Shown here one piece after another: positions 1-10,562 of a DNA stretch of 32,000 nt. A model generated the notes under the pieces. That model had not been told where the DNA came from, did no database searches, and saw only the letters and a program-made list of their open reading frames with translations. The position numbers and the translations under genes are program-made. The first letter of the stretch is position 1; each line of letters opens with the position of its first letter. Source of the DNA: Mycoplasmoides pneumoniae FH. GTDB lineage: Bacteria > Bacillota_I > Bacilli_A > Mycoplasmatales > Mycoplasmoidaceae. Where the stretch lies: positions 212,809 to 244,808 of the forward strand of contig NZ_CP010546.1 of assembly GCF_001272835.1 (NCBI RefSeq), in the 5' to 3' direction.

Positions 1-24
1 CAAACAATTTAAAGTTAATGCCAT

Positions 25-1362
25 ATGAGTGACGTCAAATACTTACAGGTCGAAATTGTCGATAAAAACACCATTCGCCTCCAGGAAGATGGCAAAAAGG
101 GTCAACAAATTAGGTTAGATCAAATTATTAAGGTTGATCAAAGCAACATCTTAAACACTTTGGAGCAGGCACAACGCGAGGCATACGAAAGGGAGGCGCA
201 AAGCCGTTACCAAACTAAGTTGGCCAAAGAACTGAGTGAAAAAGACAACACTTTTTTAAAGCAAGAAGCAGCTTGAAACCAAGCGCACAACACGCAAATC
301 CAACAGTTATACCAACAAATTACTAACTTAGAAAATCAGGTTAACAACATCAAAAGGGAAACTGAAAGTAAAAAGGATAACGAATATCAACAACAAATAG
401 TTAAGTTAGAAACGCAGCTCCAAAGCATTAAAAAGGAGACCGAAAGTCAAAAAGACTTGGAATACGAACGTAAAGCAAATAAAACTAAGGAAGAAAATCA
501 ACAAGAATTAGAAAGACAACGCCAGTACTTTTTAGAACAGTTAGAACAAGCCCAAAAGGACATTGAAGAGCTCAAAACGCGTGAAGAGCGTTTTAGTAAG
601 TGAGCAATTGCCAAAAAAGGGAAGGAATTGGAAAAGTGGTGTTGGGAAGCTTACAAAAATTACGAAGAGTTGTTCCAAAACTGTGTGTTTGCCCCTTACA
701 GTGAGCTAGTTAAGGGTGCCAAAAAGAGCATAGGTGTAGAAGACGATGAGAGCAATATTAACGAAAAGGCTGACTTTATCTTTCAGGTATTTAATCCCAA
801 TAATGACAAAGAACCCTTCTTTTCAATTTGCTGTGAAATGAAAACAGAGTTTACTGAAAGCAAGAGTCGCACTAAAAACGAAGATCATGTCAAAAAACTG
901 ATTGCCGACGCTAAGCGCGCTAAGTGCCAATACGGTTTTTTAGTAAGTGAATTGGAACTCAACACTGAAAACGATGTCCAAGTGCAACGGATGCATACCT
1001 CGAACAGTGAAGTGGAGGTTTACCTAGTGCGCCCAATGTTCTTCATTGTGATGTTGCGGTTGTTTTACTTTTTGGCCAAAAAGATGTTTGCCCAAGTTGA
1101 TGTAAACAGCGAGTACTTAGATAAAGAAGCTTTAAATGCTAGCTTTAGCGATTTAAAGAAAAGCTTACTTGAAAAAACCTTTACTGATCTCAACAAGGTC
1201 TTTCAAAACAACATTGATGAACTAGAAAAGATTGAAGGATTAGTAACAAAGTTGAAAGCCGCTAATGAAAAGGCCTTAAATAGTCGTTTAAATAACTGGG
1301 AAGAAAAGATCCGTAAGTTTGAATTTAAGCTCAATAAAGACATTGTTAAAAAGCTTGAATAA
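25..1362 (+). CDS. DUF2130-family protein with long N-terminal coiled coil (445 aa, read through TGA=Trp at 276 and 603)
   Basis: ORFs 25..276 and 628..1362 share a frame, and the segment between them is open if TGA=Trp. Q/E/K-rich coiled coil is followed by a C-terminal domain with FFSICCEMKTEF...GFLVSELE, resembling DUF2130. Confidence 0.8.
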
Positions 1363-1424
1363 GGTTCTTTTAAGTAGTCTTTTTAGGGTAGAAATTAGTT
1401 TCCAAAAACGGTTTTAAATTAGAG

Positions 1425-1451
1425 GCTTATTTTTAAAAATTCAAAATAAGC
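1425..1451 (+). other. Perfect 9-bp inverted repeat GCTTATTTT-(taaaaattc)-AAAATAAGC
   Basis: Arms at 1425-1433 and 1443-1451 with a 9-nt loop, just upstream of a TATAAT box. Confidence 0.6.
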
Positions 1452-1454
1452 AAA

Positions 1455-1460
1455 TATAAT
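1455..1460 (+). promoter_or_regulatory. Putative -10 box TATAAT for the downstream lipoprotein gene
   Basis: Exact consensus -10 about 24 nt upstream of the ATG at 1484. Confidence 0.55.
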
Positions 1461-1483
1461 TAAACCGTCTTTTATCTGAATAT

Positions 1484-2446
1484 ATGAAACTAAATCTGCG
1501 ATTTCCTAGCTATTTTTTACCCGTCGTTGCCGCTAGTGCTTTCCTTGTTAGTTGCGCCACACCTAACACTTACGAAGTACAACGCGCTGCCTTGATTCAA
1601 CTAGTTGAAGAAGACGAACGACAAAACTACATTCAAAAGGGTAGTATAGGTGCAAATGCTGTTATGACTGCTGCAAAAGCAGAAACCAAAACAGCAGAAA
1701 AAACAGCAACTTCTACCAAAGCTGCTTCAATAGAACTTAAAAAAACTGATACTGATATTAAGACTACAACTACTACCGAAAACAAATCAGCATCCGGATA
1801 CAAACTAGATACCCTCTTTGGTGACTACATCTTGTGAGTAGTTGACCACCTTTCTGGTTTACTTTTCTCACCTAAGACTAATAACAGTACAACTACTCAA
1901 AAAATCCAACTCATTACCGAAGATAAGGTGATTTTAGACGGTGGTAACTTGACCGTGGAAAAAAATCATGAACATGGCCATACTCATAAAAATGGTGAAA
2001 CTCACGAACATGATCATGATCACCACGAAGGTGAAGAGGAAGTAATCGTTGGTCGTGCCCTTTCTTTTGCTAATGGTCTCTTCTTAGTTGTGGATCTTAA
2101 GGAAGAAAAACACGAAGAGAAGAAGGAAGCAAAATCTGAAATGTCAATGAACAGTAAAGATATGGTGATGATGACCAAAACTGAAATGATGTCTAAGGAA
2201 ATGAAATCCGAACAAAAAATGGAGAAGAAGGAGGAACACGAACATCATCACAAAAAGCTGAGCCTCAGTACCACGGCTTACAAGTTTGGTCAAAGCTTTA
2301 ACATCCTGGAATTTACTGGTGCTATGCACCACAAAACGGCACACAATAACGAAACCGAATTTAAAAATTTAGGCAAAAAATACGGTGGTATGACCGAGTA
2401 CACGATTGTCGACTTTGACTTTAATCCACCAAAACCAACTAAGTAA
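1484..2446 (+). CDS. Histidine-rich putative lipoprotein (320 aa, TGA=Trp at 1835)
   Basis: N-terminal signal peptide with lipobox-like AFLVSC; frame continues through the TGA. His cluster ...EKNHEHGHTHKNGETHEHDHDHHEG..., then Met/Lys/Glu-rich and HEHHHKK. Confidence 0.8.
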
Positions 2447-2471
2447 ACGGCTTAACTAGCGCAAACAAGTC

Positions 2472-2498
2472 CCAATGCTTTTAGCTTGGAGCTTTTTT
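2472..2498 (+). terminator. Weak candidate terminator-like hairpin CCAA(t)GC-ttttA-GCTTGG followed by AGCTTTTTT
   Basis: 6-bp imperfect stem with a nearby T run in the gap after the lipoprotein gene. Confidence 0.25.
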
Positions 2499-2644
2499 GC
2501 TGTTAGTAAGCTTCTTTTAACAATTAAATGGGTCTTTTAAAGTGACACAATAAGATCGCCAAAAAGCGGGGTTACTACTTTTTTGAAGTTGTTTAATTTC
2601 AATGATTATGGGAAAATAATAAGGCCTGCAAGCGGCAAACTAGT

Positions 2645-3031
2645 TTGGAAAAAGATAAGGAATTAGTCAGTTCAATTGTGACTGCTAAAAGCATGATTGA
2701 CCGGTTTTTCTGGTCTATTTTGAGCTTTCTGCTCACTAACTTAGTCTTTTTATTTGTGGCTTTTTTAATTCTGATTATTTACTTAATTTCCGAAATCACC
2801 CAACAGTTTGCCTTTGCTTTTATCGCAACGATTGTCTTCATCATTTTTTACAACATCCTCTTTTTGAGCTACCTGTTGACGATGTACATTAAAGGCTTAA
2901 AACAGATTGAGCAAAAGTCACGTTATTTACTCTTAGTGCTTGATGTTAAGGCTGATGAACTGCTTCCTTTCTCCTTTTTAGGTAGTTTAAGAAAGAGTCA
3001 CATGCTTGAAGAAATGTTGTTAGAGCAGTAA
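2645..3031 (+). CDS. Small predicted membrane protein (TTG start proposed)
   Basis: ORF with two or three strongly hydrophobic segments; open frame back to the stop at 2594; no ATG in frame upstream. Confidence 0.65.
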   Translation: MEKDKELVSSIVTAKSMIDRFFWSILSFLLTNLVFLFVAFLILIIYLISEITQQFAFAFIATIVFIIFYNILFLSYLLTMYIKGLKQIEQKSRYLLLVLDVKADELLPFSFLGSLRKSHMLEEMLLEQ

Positions 3032-3036
3032 TTATT

Positions 3037-3045
3037 TGCTACAAT
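3037..3045 (+). promoter_or_regulatory. Putative extended -10 promoter TGcTACAAT of the S10 ribosomal protein operon
   Basis: TGnTACAAT about 80 nt upstream of rpsJ in the only sizeable gap before the supercluster. Confidence 0.5.
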
Positions 3046-3057
3046 CTTAAGGCTTTG

Positions 3058-3077
3058 GTCGAAGTGGATACACCGAC
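3058..3077 (+). promoter_or_regulatory. Leader stem-loop GTCG-aa-GTG-GATA-CAC-CGAC upstream of rpsJ
   Basis: 7 bp with an AA bulge and GATA loop, located between the putative promoter and rpsJ. Confidence 0.4.
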
Positions 3078-3121
3078 AAGCGTAGTCATTTTGACCATCA
3101 AATTTCACCCTTAAGAACTGA

Positions 3122-3451
<330 letters not shown>

Positions 3452-3464
3452 TTAAAGAGAGAGT

Positions 3465-4328
3465 ATGGAAATTCGTGGTATTTTTGGGGTTAAAGTAGGC
3501 ATGAGCCAGGTGTTTACAACCAATAATGAGCGCCTACCTATTACCGTTATTTATTGTGAACCTAACCAGGTAGCAGGTGTTAAGAATGAGGCTAAGGACA
3601 AGTACAGTGCTACCTTGTTGAGTTTTGACACCGTTGAAAACAAAAAGCTCAACAAGCCTCAACAAGGCTTCTTTGAAAAAAACAACTTAAAGCCAACCAA
3701 GCACTTACAGGAAATCCGCAATATGACCGGGTTTGAAATGGGGCAACAAATCACACCGCAAAATCTCTTCCAAGTGGGTGAGTATGTTGATGTAAGTGCC
3801 ATTAGTAAAGGTCGTGGGTTTACTGGTGCCATTAAGCGCTGGAACTTTAAGATCGGTCCGTTAGGTCATGGGGCTGGTTATCCCCACCGCTTCCAAGGTT
3901 CAGTCCAAGCTGGTCGTGGGGGTGCGAGTGCACAAAGAGTGTTTAAGGGCAAAAAGATGTCCGGACACTATGGTCATGAAAAAGTAACGGTACAAAACTT
4001 ACGCATTGTTGGTTTTGATGAAGCTAACATGTTGGTATTAGTATCAGGGGCGATCGCAGGTCCTGAAGGTGGTGTGGTCTTCATCCGTACCGCTAAGAAA
4101 AAACCGGGGGTAGTGAAACCAATTGAGTTAGCTGTTCAAACCGAAAAGGCACCGGAAGCAAAACCGGCCAAGCTTTCCAAAAAGAAACAAGCCAAGGAGT
4201 TAGCGAAAGCACAAGCAGCTAACCAGCAAACTGTTGAAGCTAAGGTAGACACTCCAGTAGTAGAACCAAAACCAACTGAAGTTAAAAAAGCAGCACCAGT
4301 TGTAGAAAAGAAAGGGGAAGATAAATAA
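3465..4328 (+). CDS. rplC: 50S ribosomal protein L3 with long C-terminal Ala/Lys-rich extension
   Basis: [11 protein letters not shown]...[10 protein letters not shown]...[13 protein letters not shown]. Confidence 0.97.
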
Positions 4329-4966
4329 TGGCTAAGCTTAAACTAATTAAAATCGACGGTTCCTTTGAAACTGAACCAGTGAAACTAAGCCCTGGTTTAA
4401 TTGCTAAGGAACTCAAACAACAACCGGTGTTTGATGCCGTGTTAGTAGAACAAGCTTCCTGACGCCAAGGCACCCATTCCATTTTAACAAAGGGCGAAGT
4501 CCGTGGTGGTGGTAAGAAGCCTTACAAACAAAAACACACCGGGAAAGCGCGTCAAGGTTCAACCCGTAACCCCCACTTTGTTGGTGGTGGCATTGTGTTT
4601 GGTCCCAAGCCCAATCGTAACTACAGCTTAAAACTCAACAAGAAAGCGCACACGGCAGCCTTGCACACTGTTTGGAGTGAAAAGTTAGCTTCAGACAACA
4701 CCCACCTAGTGGACCAAAACCTCTTTAACAAAACTGAGGGTAAAACCAAGGTGATGGTGCAATTTTTAAAGAGTGCCAAGCTCTTGGACAAAAACGTGTT
4801 GTTTGTAGTTAATACCCTTAACACCAACTTAGAACAAAGCACCAGCAACATTAAAAACGTGCAGGTCAAACACCTAGACAAGGTTTCTGTAAGGGATCTG
4901 ATGTTAGCTAACGCTCTTTTAGTTGAAAAAGAAGTTTTAAAAGCTTTGGAGGGCAAATTTAAATAA
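4328..4966 (+). CDS. rplD: 50S ribosomal protein L4 (TGA=Trp at 4460)
   Basis: Frame from ATG 4328 ([14 protein letters not shown]) joins ORF 4595..4966; [38 protein letters not shown]. Confidence 0.97.
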
Positions 4967-4968
4967 CC

Positions 4969-5682
4969 ATGGATGTAACGAACGTACTGCTAAAACCAGT
5001 TCTAACCGAAAAGGTGTACTTCAACCAAATGGGTGAAACCAAGAAGTACGTCTTTGTGGTGAACCCTAAAGCAAGTAAAACACGCGTTAAACTAGCTTTT
5101 GAATTAGTGTATGGCATTAAGCCACTGAAGGTTAACACCTTAATTAGAAAACCAACCACCATTCGCGGTGGGAGCCGTTTTCCTGGTTTGAGCAAACTAG
5201 AAAAGTTGGCTGTGATTACCTTACCAAAGGGTATTGCCATTTCAGTTACTGGTGAAGCGCCAGAAAAAACCGATAAGCCAGCGGACAAAACCACCCTTAA
5301 GGAAAGTACTGTTAAGGAGATTAAGGACACCAAAAACAGTCCAGAAGCTGTTGTGAAAACTGCTGTGGAAGCGTTGCAAATTAAACCAACTGCCGCTCCT
5401 GTAACCACCGCCCCTCTACAAACCGTGGCGGTGAAGGTAGCTAAAGAAGTTAAAGAAGTTAAGGTAGAAAAGCCGGTTAAAGTGGAAAAACCAACCAAAC
5501 CGGCAAAGGTAGCAAAAGAAGCTAAAACGACCAAAGTAGCTAAGGAAACTAAAGCTGAAAAGTCAGTTCAAACAACCAAAGTAGCTAAGGAAACTAAAAC
5601 TGAAAAGTCAGCTAAAACTACCAAAACTACAGCTACAAAAACTACTAAAACTAAAACCACCAAAAAGGAGGTTAAAAAGTAA
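4969..5682 (+). CDS. rplW: 50S ribosomal protein L23 with about 140 aa repetitive Lys/Thr/Val-rich C-terminal extension
   Basis: N-terminal L23 domain ([12 protein letters not shown]...[19 protein letters not shown]...) between rplD and rplB; tail [11 protein letters not shown] repeats. Confidence 0.95.
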
Positions 5683-6545
5683 TGCCTATTAAGAAAATTA
5701 TTAGTCGTTCTAACAGTGGGATCCACCACTCCACGGTAATTGACTATAAGAAGTTATTAACCACCAATAAGAACAAACCAGAAAAGTCGTTGTTAGTTAC
5801 CCTTAAAAAACACGGGGGTCGCAACAACCAAGGGAAAATTACGGTGCGCCACCAGGGTGGACGCAACAAGCGCAAGTACCGCATTATTGACTTTAAACGA
5901 ACGCACTATGACAACATCGAAGCGACCGTTAAGTCGATCGAGTACGATCCGAACCGTTCTTGCTTTGTGTCGTTAATTACTTACGCTAACGGTGCCAAGA
6001 GTTACATCATTAGCCCTGATGGCATTAAGGTAGGTGATAAGATCTTGGCTTCCGAACACCCGATTGACATTAAACCGGGCTTTAGTATGCCCTTAGCCTT
6101 TATCCCTGAAGGTACCCAAGTGCATAACATTGAACTCCACCCTAAGGGAGGTGGTCAAATTGCCAGGAGTGCGGGGAGTTATGCCCGCATTTTGGGTCAA
6201 GACGAAACTGGTAAGTATGTCATTTTGCAACTTTTAAGTGGTGAAACACGCAAGTTCTTAAAGGAGTGCCGTGCTACTGTGGGAGTAGTTTCTAACTTAG
6301 ACCACAACCTCGTAGTCATTGGTAAGGCTGGTCGCAACCGTCACCGCGGCATCCGTCCAACCGTTCGTGGTTCGGCCATGAACCCCAATGACCACCCCCA
6401 CGGTGGTGGTGAAGGTCGTAGTCCCGTGGGTCGGGATGCACCCCGGACTCCATGGGGTAAGCGCCACATGGGTGTGAAGACCCGCAACATGAAGAAAGCA
6501 TCCACTAACTTAATTATTCGTAACCGGAAAGGAGAACAATACTAA
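5682..6545 (+). CDS. rplB: 50S ribosomal protein L2
   Basis: [22 protein letters not shown]...[31 protein letters not shown]. Confidence 0.98.
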
Positions 6546-6808
6546 TGTCACGCAGTGCTAAAAAAGGAGCCTTTGTTGATGCTCACCTCTTAAAGAAAGT
6601 GATCGATATGAACAAACAAGAGAAAAAACGTCCGATCAAAACCTGGTCCCGTCGTAGTACCATCTTCCCCGAATTTGTCGGTAATACCTTTGCTGTACAT
6701 AACGGCAAGACCTTCATTAATGTTTATGTAACTGATGACATGGTGGGGCACAAACTCGGTGAGTTCTCCCCGACCCGTAACTTCAAACAACACACCGCTA
6801 ACCGTTAG
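6545..6808 (+). CDS. rpsS: 30S ribosomal protein S19
   Basis: [12 protein letters not shown]...[23 protein letters not shown]...[13 protein letters not shown]. Confidence 0.97.
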
Positions 6809-6809
6809 T

Positions 6810-7289
6810 ATGATCGCCTTTGCAAAACAATTCCGTGTGAGAATCTCACCCCAAAAAGCCCGCTTAGTGTGTCAACTCATTGTGGGTAAGAAAACCGCTG
6901 ATGCCCAAAACATCCTTTCCAATACACCCAAAAAAGCGGCTACCTTAATCGCTAAACTACTCAACAGTGCGATTGCCAACGCTACCAATAACCACGGCAT
7001 GAATGGGGATGCCCTTTATGTCTTTGAGTGTGTGGCTAACCAAGGTCCGAGTATGAAGCGCACTATTCCCCGCGCTAAGGGCTCGAGTAACATGATTACC
7101 AAGCGCTCTTCTAATTTAGTGGTGAAACTATCGGATAACCCGAATGAACGTCAAGAATTAATTAAACAACAAAAGGCCCTAGTTAAAAAACGGGTCGAAG
7201 GTCAACAAAAAGCAAAGATGGCACGTCAAAAAGCAGTAACACCAGTGGTAAAAGCGCCAAGTAAAACTCAAGGAGGTGTACAAAAGTAA
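6810..7289 (+). CDS. rplV: 50S ribosomal protein L22 (159 aa with C-terminal extension)
   Basis: The ORF track starts at 6735, but the natural start is ATG 6810 after the rpsS stop; RISPQKARLVCQLIVGK...RAKGSSNMITKRSSNLVV. Confidence 0.95.
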   Translation: MIAFAKQFRVRISPQKARLVCQLIVGKKTADAQNILSNTPKKAATLIAKLLNSAIANATNNHGMNGDALYVFECVANQGPSMKRTIPRAKGSSNMITKRSSNLVVKLSDNPNERQELIKQQKALVKKRVEGQQKAKMARQKAVTPVVKAPSKTQGGVQK

Positions 7290-7290
7290 T

Positions 7291-8112
7291 ATGGGACAAA
7301 AAGTAAACTCCAACGGCTTGCGCTTTGGTATTAACAAAAACTGGATTTCGCGTTGAACCGCTAACTCCCACGCCCAGACTGCCAAGTGGTTAATTGAAGA
7401 CGAAAAAATTCGTAACCTCTTCTTTGTCAACTACCGCAATGCCCAAGTTTCGAACGTGGAGATTGAACGTACTCAAGCAACCGTGGACGTATTTGTGTAC
7501 GCCGCCCAACCCGCTTTTCTCATTGGTAGTGAAAACAAGAACATCCAAAAGATCACCAAGCAAATTAAGCAAATTATTGGTCGTACCACCAATTTAGACC
7601 TCACCATTAACGAAATTGGCTCCCCTATGTTATCAGCGCGCATTATTGCGCGGGATCTAGCCAACGCGATTGAAGCACGGGTACCGTTACGAACGGCAAT
7701 GCGCCAATCCTTAATTAAGGTGTTGAAGGCTGGCGCTAACGGGATTAAGGTGTTGGTATCGGGTCGGTTAAACGGTGCCGAAATTGCGCGCGACAAGATG
7801 TACATCGAGGGCAATATGCCACTGTCAACCCTGCGTGCTGACATTGACTATGCCTTGGAAAAAGCGCAAACTACGTACGGTGTCATTGGTGTTAAGGTAT
7901 GGATTAATCGCGGCATGATTTACACCAAGGGCTTAAACCGCACCCCGGCCCACATTCTCCACCCACAAAAGAAACAACCAAACCGCCAAAACCAACAACC
8001 ACGCCACTTTAACCAGGGCCAGGTGTTGAGTGCTAATAAGTTAACTGGTAGTGATGTGGAGACCAGCAGTATCCAAGCACTTACTAAGCCTAACAAGGAG
8101 GACAAACAATAA
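7291..8112 (+). CDS. rpsC: 30S ribosomal protein S3 (TGA=Trp in N-terminal part)
   Basis: [22 protein letters not shown]...; joins ORF 7456..8112; GVKVWINRGMIYTKGLNRTP. Confidence 0.96.
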
Positions 8113-8531
8113 TGTTACAACCAAAAAGAACAAAGTACCGCAAACCTCACAACGTGAGTTACGAGGGCAAGGCTAAGGGCAACAGCTATGTTGCTTTTGG
8201 TGAATATGGTCTAGTAGCTACTAAGGGTAACTGGATCGATGCCCGTGCCATAGAATCAGCCCGGATTGCCATTAGTAAGTGTTTGGGTAAAACCGGTAAG
8301 ATGTGGATCCGCATCTTCCCCCACATGTCCAAGACTAAAAAACCGTTAGAAGTACGGATGGGTTCTGGTAAGGGTAACCCGGAATTCTGGGTAGCAGTAG
8401 TAAAACAGGGCACGGTGATGTTTGAGGTAGCTAACATCCCTGAAAGCCAAATGATTAAGGCTTTAACCCGTGCTGGTCACAAGTTACCCGTGACCTGAAA
8501 GATTCTCAAACGCGAGGAGGTAAGTGCATAA
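8112..8531 (+). CDS. rplP: 50S ribosomal protein L16 (139 aa; TGA=Trp at 8496)
   Basis: MLQPKRTKYRKPHNVSYEGKAKGN...; reads through TGA to TAA 8529-8531. Confidence 0.96.
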
Positions 8532-8866
8532 TGACCGTTGCAAAAGAATTACGCCAAAAGAGTTCCGAAGAGTTGGTAAAACTCGTGATTAAGCTCAAAG
8601 GGGAACTGTTAGAGTACCGCTTTAAGTTAGCACACGGGGAGCTAGACAAACCGCACTTAATTAACCAAACCAGGCGGTTATTGGCTACCATTTTAACGAT
8701 TCTTACCGAGCGTAAGTTGAACTGACAAGAAGAACAAGCTAAGTACAAACTGCTCACTAAAAAAACGAACGAAGCAGCTGTGAATGCTTGGAAGCAACAC
8801 CTAGAAGCTAACAAAGCGAAGCTGTTAAAGTCACGTGCTAAACGCGAGGATGCTAGCAAGAAATAA
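8531..8866 (+). CDS. rpmC: 50S ribosomal protein L29 (111 aa with C-terminal extension; TGA=Trp at 8723)
   Basis: MTVAKELRQKSSEELVKLVIKLKGELLEYRFKLAHGEL; frame continues to TAA 8864-8866. Confidence 0.94.
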
Positions 8867-9123
8867 TGAAACGTAATCAAAGAAAGGTCCTAATTGGGAT
8901 TGTTAAAAGTACTAAAAACGCCAAGACCGCTACGGTTCAAGTAGAATCACGGTTTAAGCACCCTTTGTACCATAAGTCCGTAGTGCGACACAAGAAGTAC
9001 CAAGCCCACAATGAGGGTGAAGTACTCGCTAAGGACGGGGACAAGGTACAAATTGTGGAAACGCGACCGTTGTCTGCAACCAAGCGCTTCCGCATTGCCA
9101 AAATTATTGAGAGGGTTAAATAG
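8866..9123 (+). CDS. rpsQ: 30S ribosomal protein S17
   Basis: MKRNQRKVLIGIVKSTKNAKTATVQVE...HPLYHKSVVRHKKYQAHNE. Confidence 0.96.
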   Translation: MKRNQRKVLIGIVKSTKNAKTATVQVESRFKHPLYHKSVVRHKKYQAHNEGEVLAKDGDKVQIVETRPLSATKRFRIAKIIERVK

Positions 9124-9126
9124 ACT

Positions 9127-9495
9127 ATGGTAAGTTTCATGACAAGACTAAATGTTGCCGATAACACGGGCGCCAAGCAAGTGGGCATCATTAAGGTATT
9201 AGGTTCCACCCGGAAACGTTATGCCTTTTTGGGTGATGTGGTAGTGGTATCAGTTAAGGATGCTATCCCTAGCGGTATGGTCAAAAAGGGTCAAGTGCTA
9301 CGGGCAGTAATTGTCCGCACTAAAAAGGGCCAACAACGTAAGGATGGTACCCACCTTAAGTTTGATGACAACGCTTGTGTGTTAATTAAGGAAGACAAGT
9401 CACCAAGAGGCACACGGATCTTTGGTCCGGTAGCGCGTGAACTACGGGAACGTGGTTACAACAAAATTTTGAGTTTAGCAGTGGAGGTAGTGTAA
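9127..9495 (+). CDS. rplN: 50S ribosomal protein L14
   Basis: [20 protein letters not shown]...[25 protein letters not shown]. Confidence 0.97.
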
Positions 9496-9830
9496 TGCAA
9501 CGAATTAAAAAAGGTGATAAAGTAGTCGTAATTACCGGTAAGAATAAGGGTGGTAGTGGCATTGTTTTGAAAATTATGCCCGCGCGCCAACAAGCAATTG
9601 TAGAGGGACTCAACAAAGTAACACGCCACAAAAAGAAGGACCAAACCACAAAGCGCGCTGCTAAACAATCGACCGGTAAAGTGCAACAAGAAGCGCCAAT
9701 CTTCTTGAGCAAGTTAGCTTTATTTGACCAAAAGGCAAAACAACAAACAATTGGCAAAATTAAGTACGTTATGGACCCTAAGACTAATAAGAAGACCCGG
9801 GTCTTTAAGAAATCCAACAACACGCTCTAG
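9495..9830 (+). CDS. rplX: 50S ribosomal protein L24
   Basis: [27 protein letters not shown]... KOW motif. Confidence 0.96.
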
Positions 9831-9832
9831 TT

Positions 9833-10375
9833 ATGAATAATCTCAAAGCACATTACCAAAAAACAATTGCCAAAGAGCTGCAAAAGAGCTTTGCGTTTTC
9901 CTCGATTATGCAAGTACCGCGCTTGGAAAAAATTGTGATTAACATGGGGGTGGGTGACGTCATTCGCGACAGTAAGTTCTTGGAATCAGCCTTAAACGAA
10001 CTCCACCTCATTAGCGGTCAAAAACCAGTTGCTACTAAGGCTAAAAACGCCATTTCCACCTATAAGCTGCGCGCTGGTCAACTAATCGGTTGTAAGGTTA
10101 CCTTGCGCGGTGAGCGGATGTGGGCCTTTTTGGAAAAACTGATTTATGTTGCCCTACCTCGGGTGCGGGATTTCCGCGGCCTTTCTTTAAAGTCTTTTGA
10201 TGGTCGGGGTAACTATACCATTGGAATTAAAGAACAAATTATTTTCCCGGAAATTGTCTATGACGACATTAAACGGATCCGCGGGTTTGACGTTACTCTG
10301 GTAACTTCAACCAATAAGGACAGCGAAGCATTAGCTTTACTTAGAGCGTTAAACCTCCCACTTGTAAAAGGATAA
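9833..10375 (+). CDS. rplE: 50S ribosomal protein L5
   Basis: [17 protein letters not shown]...[21 protein letters not shown]...[16 protein letters not shown]. Confidence 0.97.
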   Translation: MNNLKAHYQKTIAKELQKSFAFSSIMQVPRLEKIVINMGVGDVIRDSKFLESALNELHLISGQKPVATKAKNAISTYKLRAGQLIGCKVTLRGERMWAFLEKLIYVALPRVRDFRGLSLKSFDGRGNYTIGIKEQIIFPEIVYDDIKRIRGFDVTLVTSTNKDSEALALLRALNLPLVKG

Positions 10376-10376
10376 T

Positions 10377-10562
10377 ATGGCCAAAAAATCATTAAAAGTA
10401 AAACAAACTAGAATCCCCAAATTTGCCGTACGGGCTTACACCCGCTGTCAGCGTTGTGGTCGAGCCCGGGCAGTTTTAAGCCACTTTGGTGTGTGCCGTT
10501 TGTGCTTCCGCGAACTAGCATACGCTGGCGCAATTCCAGGAGTTAAAAAAGCATCATGATAA
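10377..10562 (+). CDS. rpsN: 30S ribosomal protein S14 type Z (zinc-ribbon; 61 aa, last residue Trp encoded by TGA)
   Basis: CQRCG...CRLC zinc motif; TGA 10557-10559 is followed by TAA 10560-10562. Confidence 0.95.

Noticed and set aside
4959-5534. 191-aa minus-strand ORF opposite rplW
   Set aside because: Shadow of the low-complexity, Lys/Val/Thr-rich L23 tail; no recognisable domain and fully antisense to a confident CDS.
6735-6809. N-terminal 25 codons of the track ORF 6735..7289 as part of L22
   Set aside because: They overlap rpsS in another frame; ATG 6810 gives a canonical L22 N-terminus (MIAFAKQFRVRISPQKAR).
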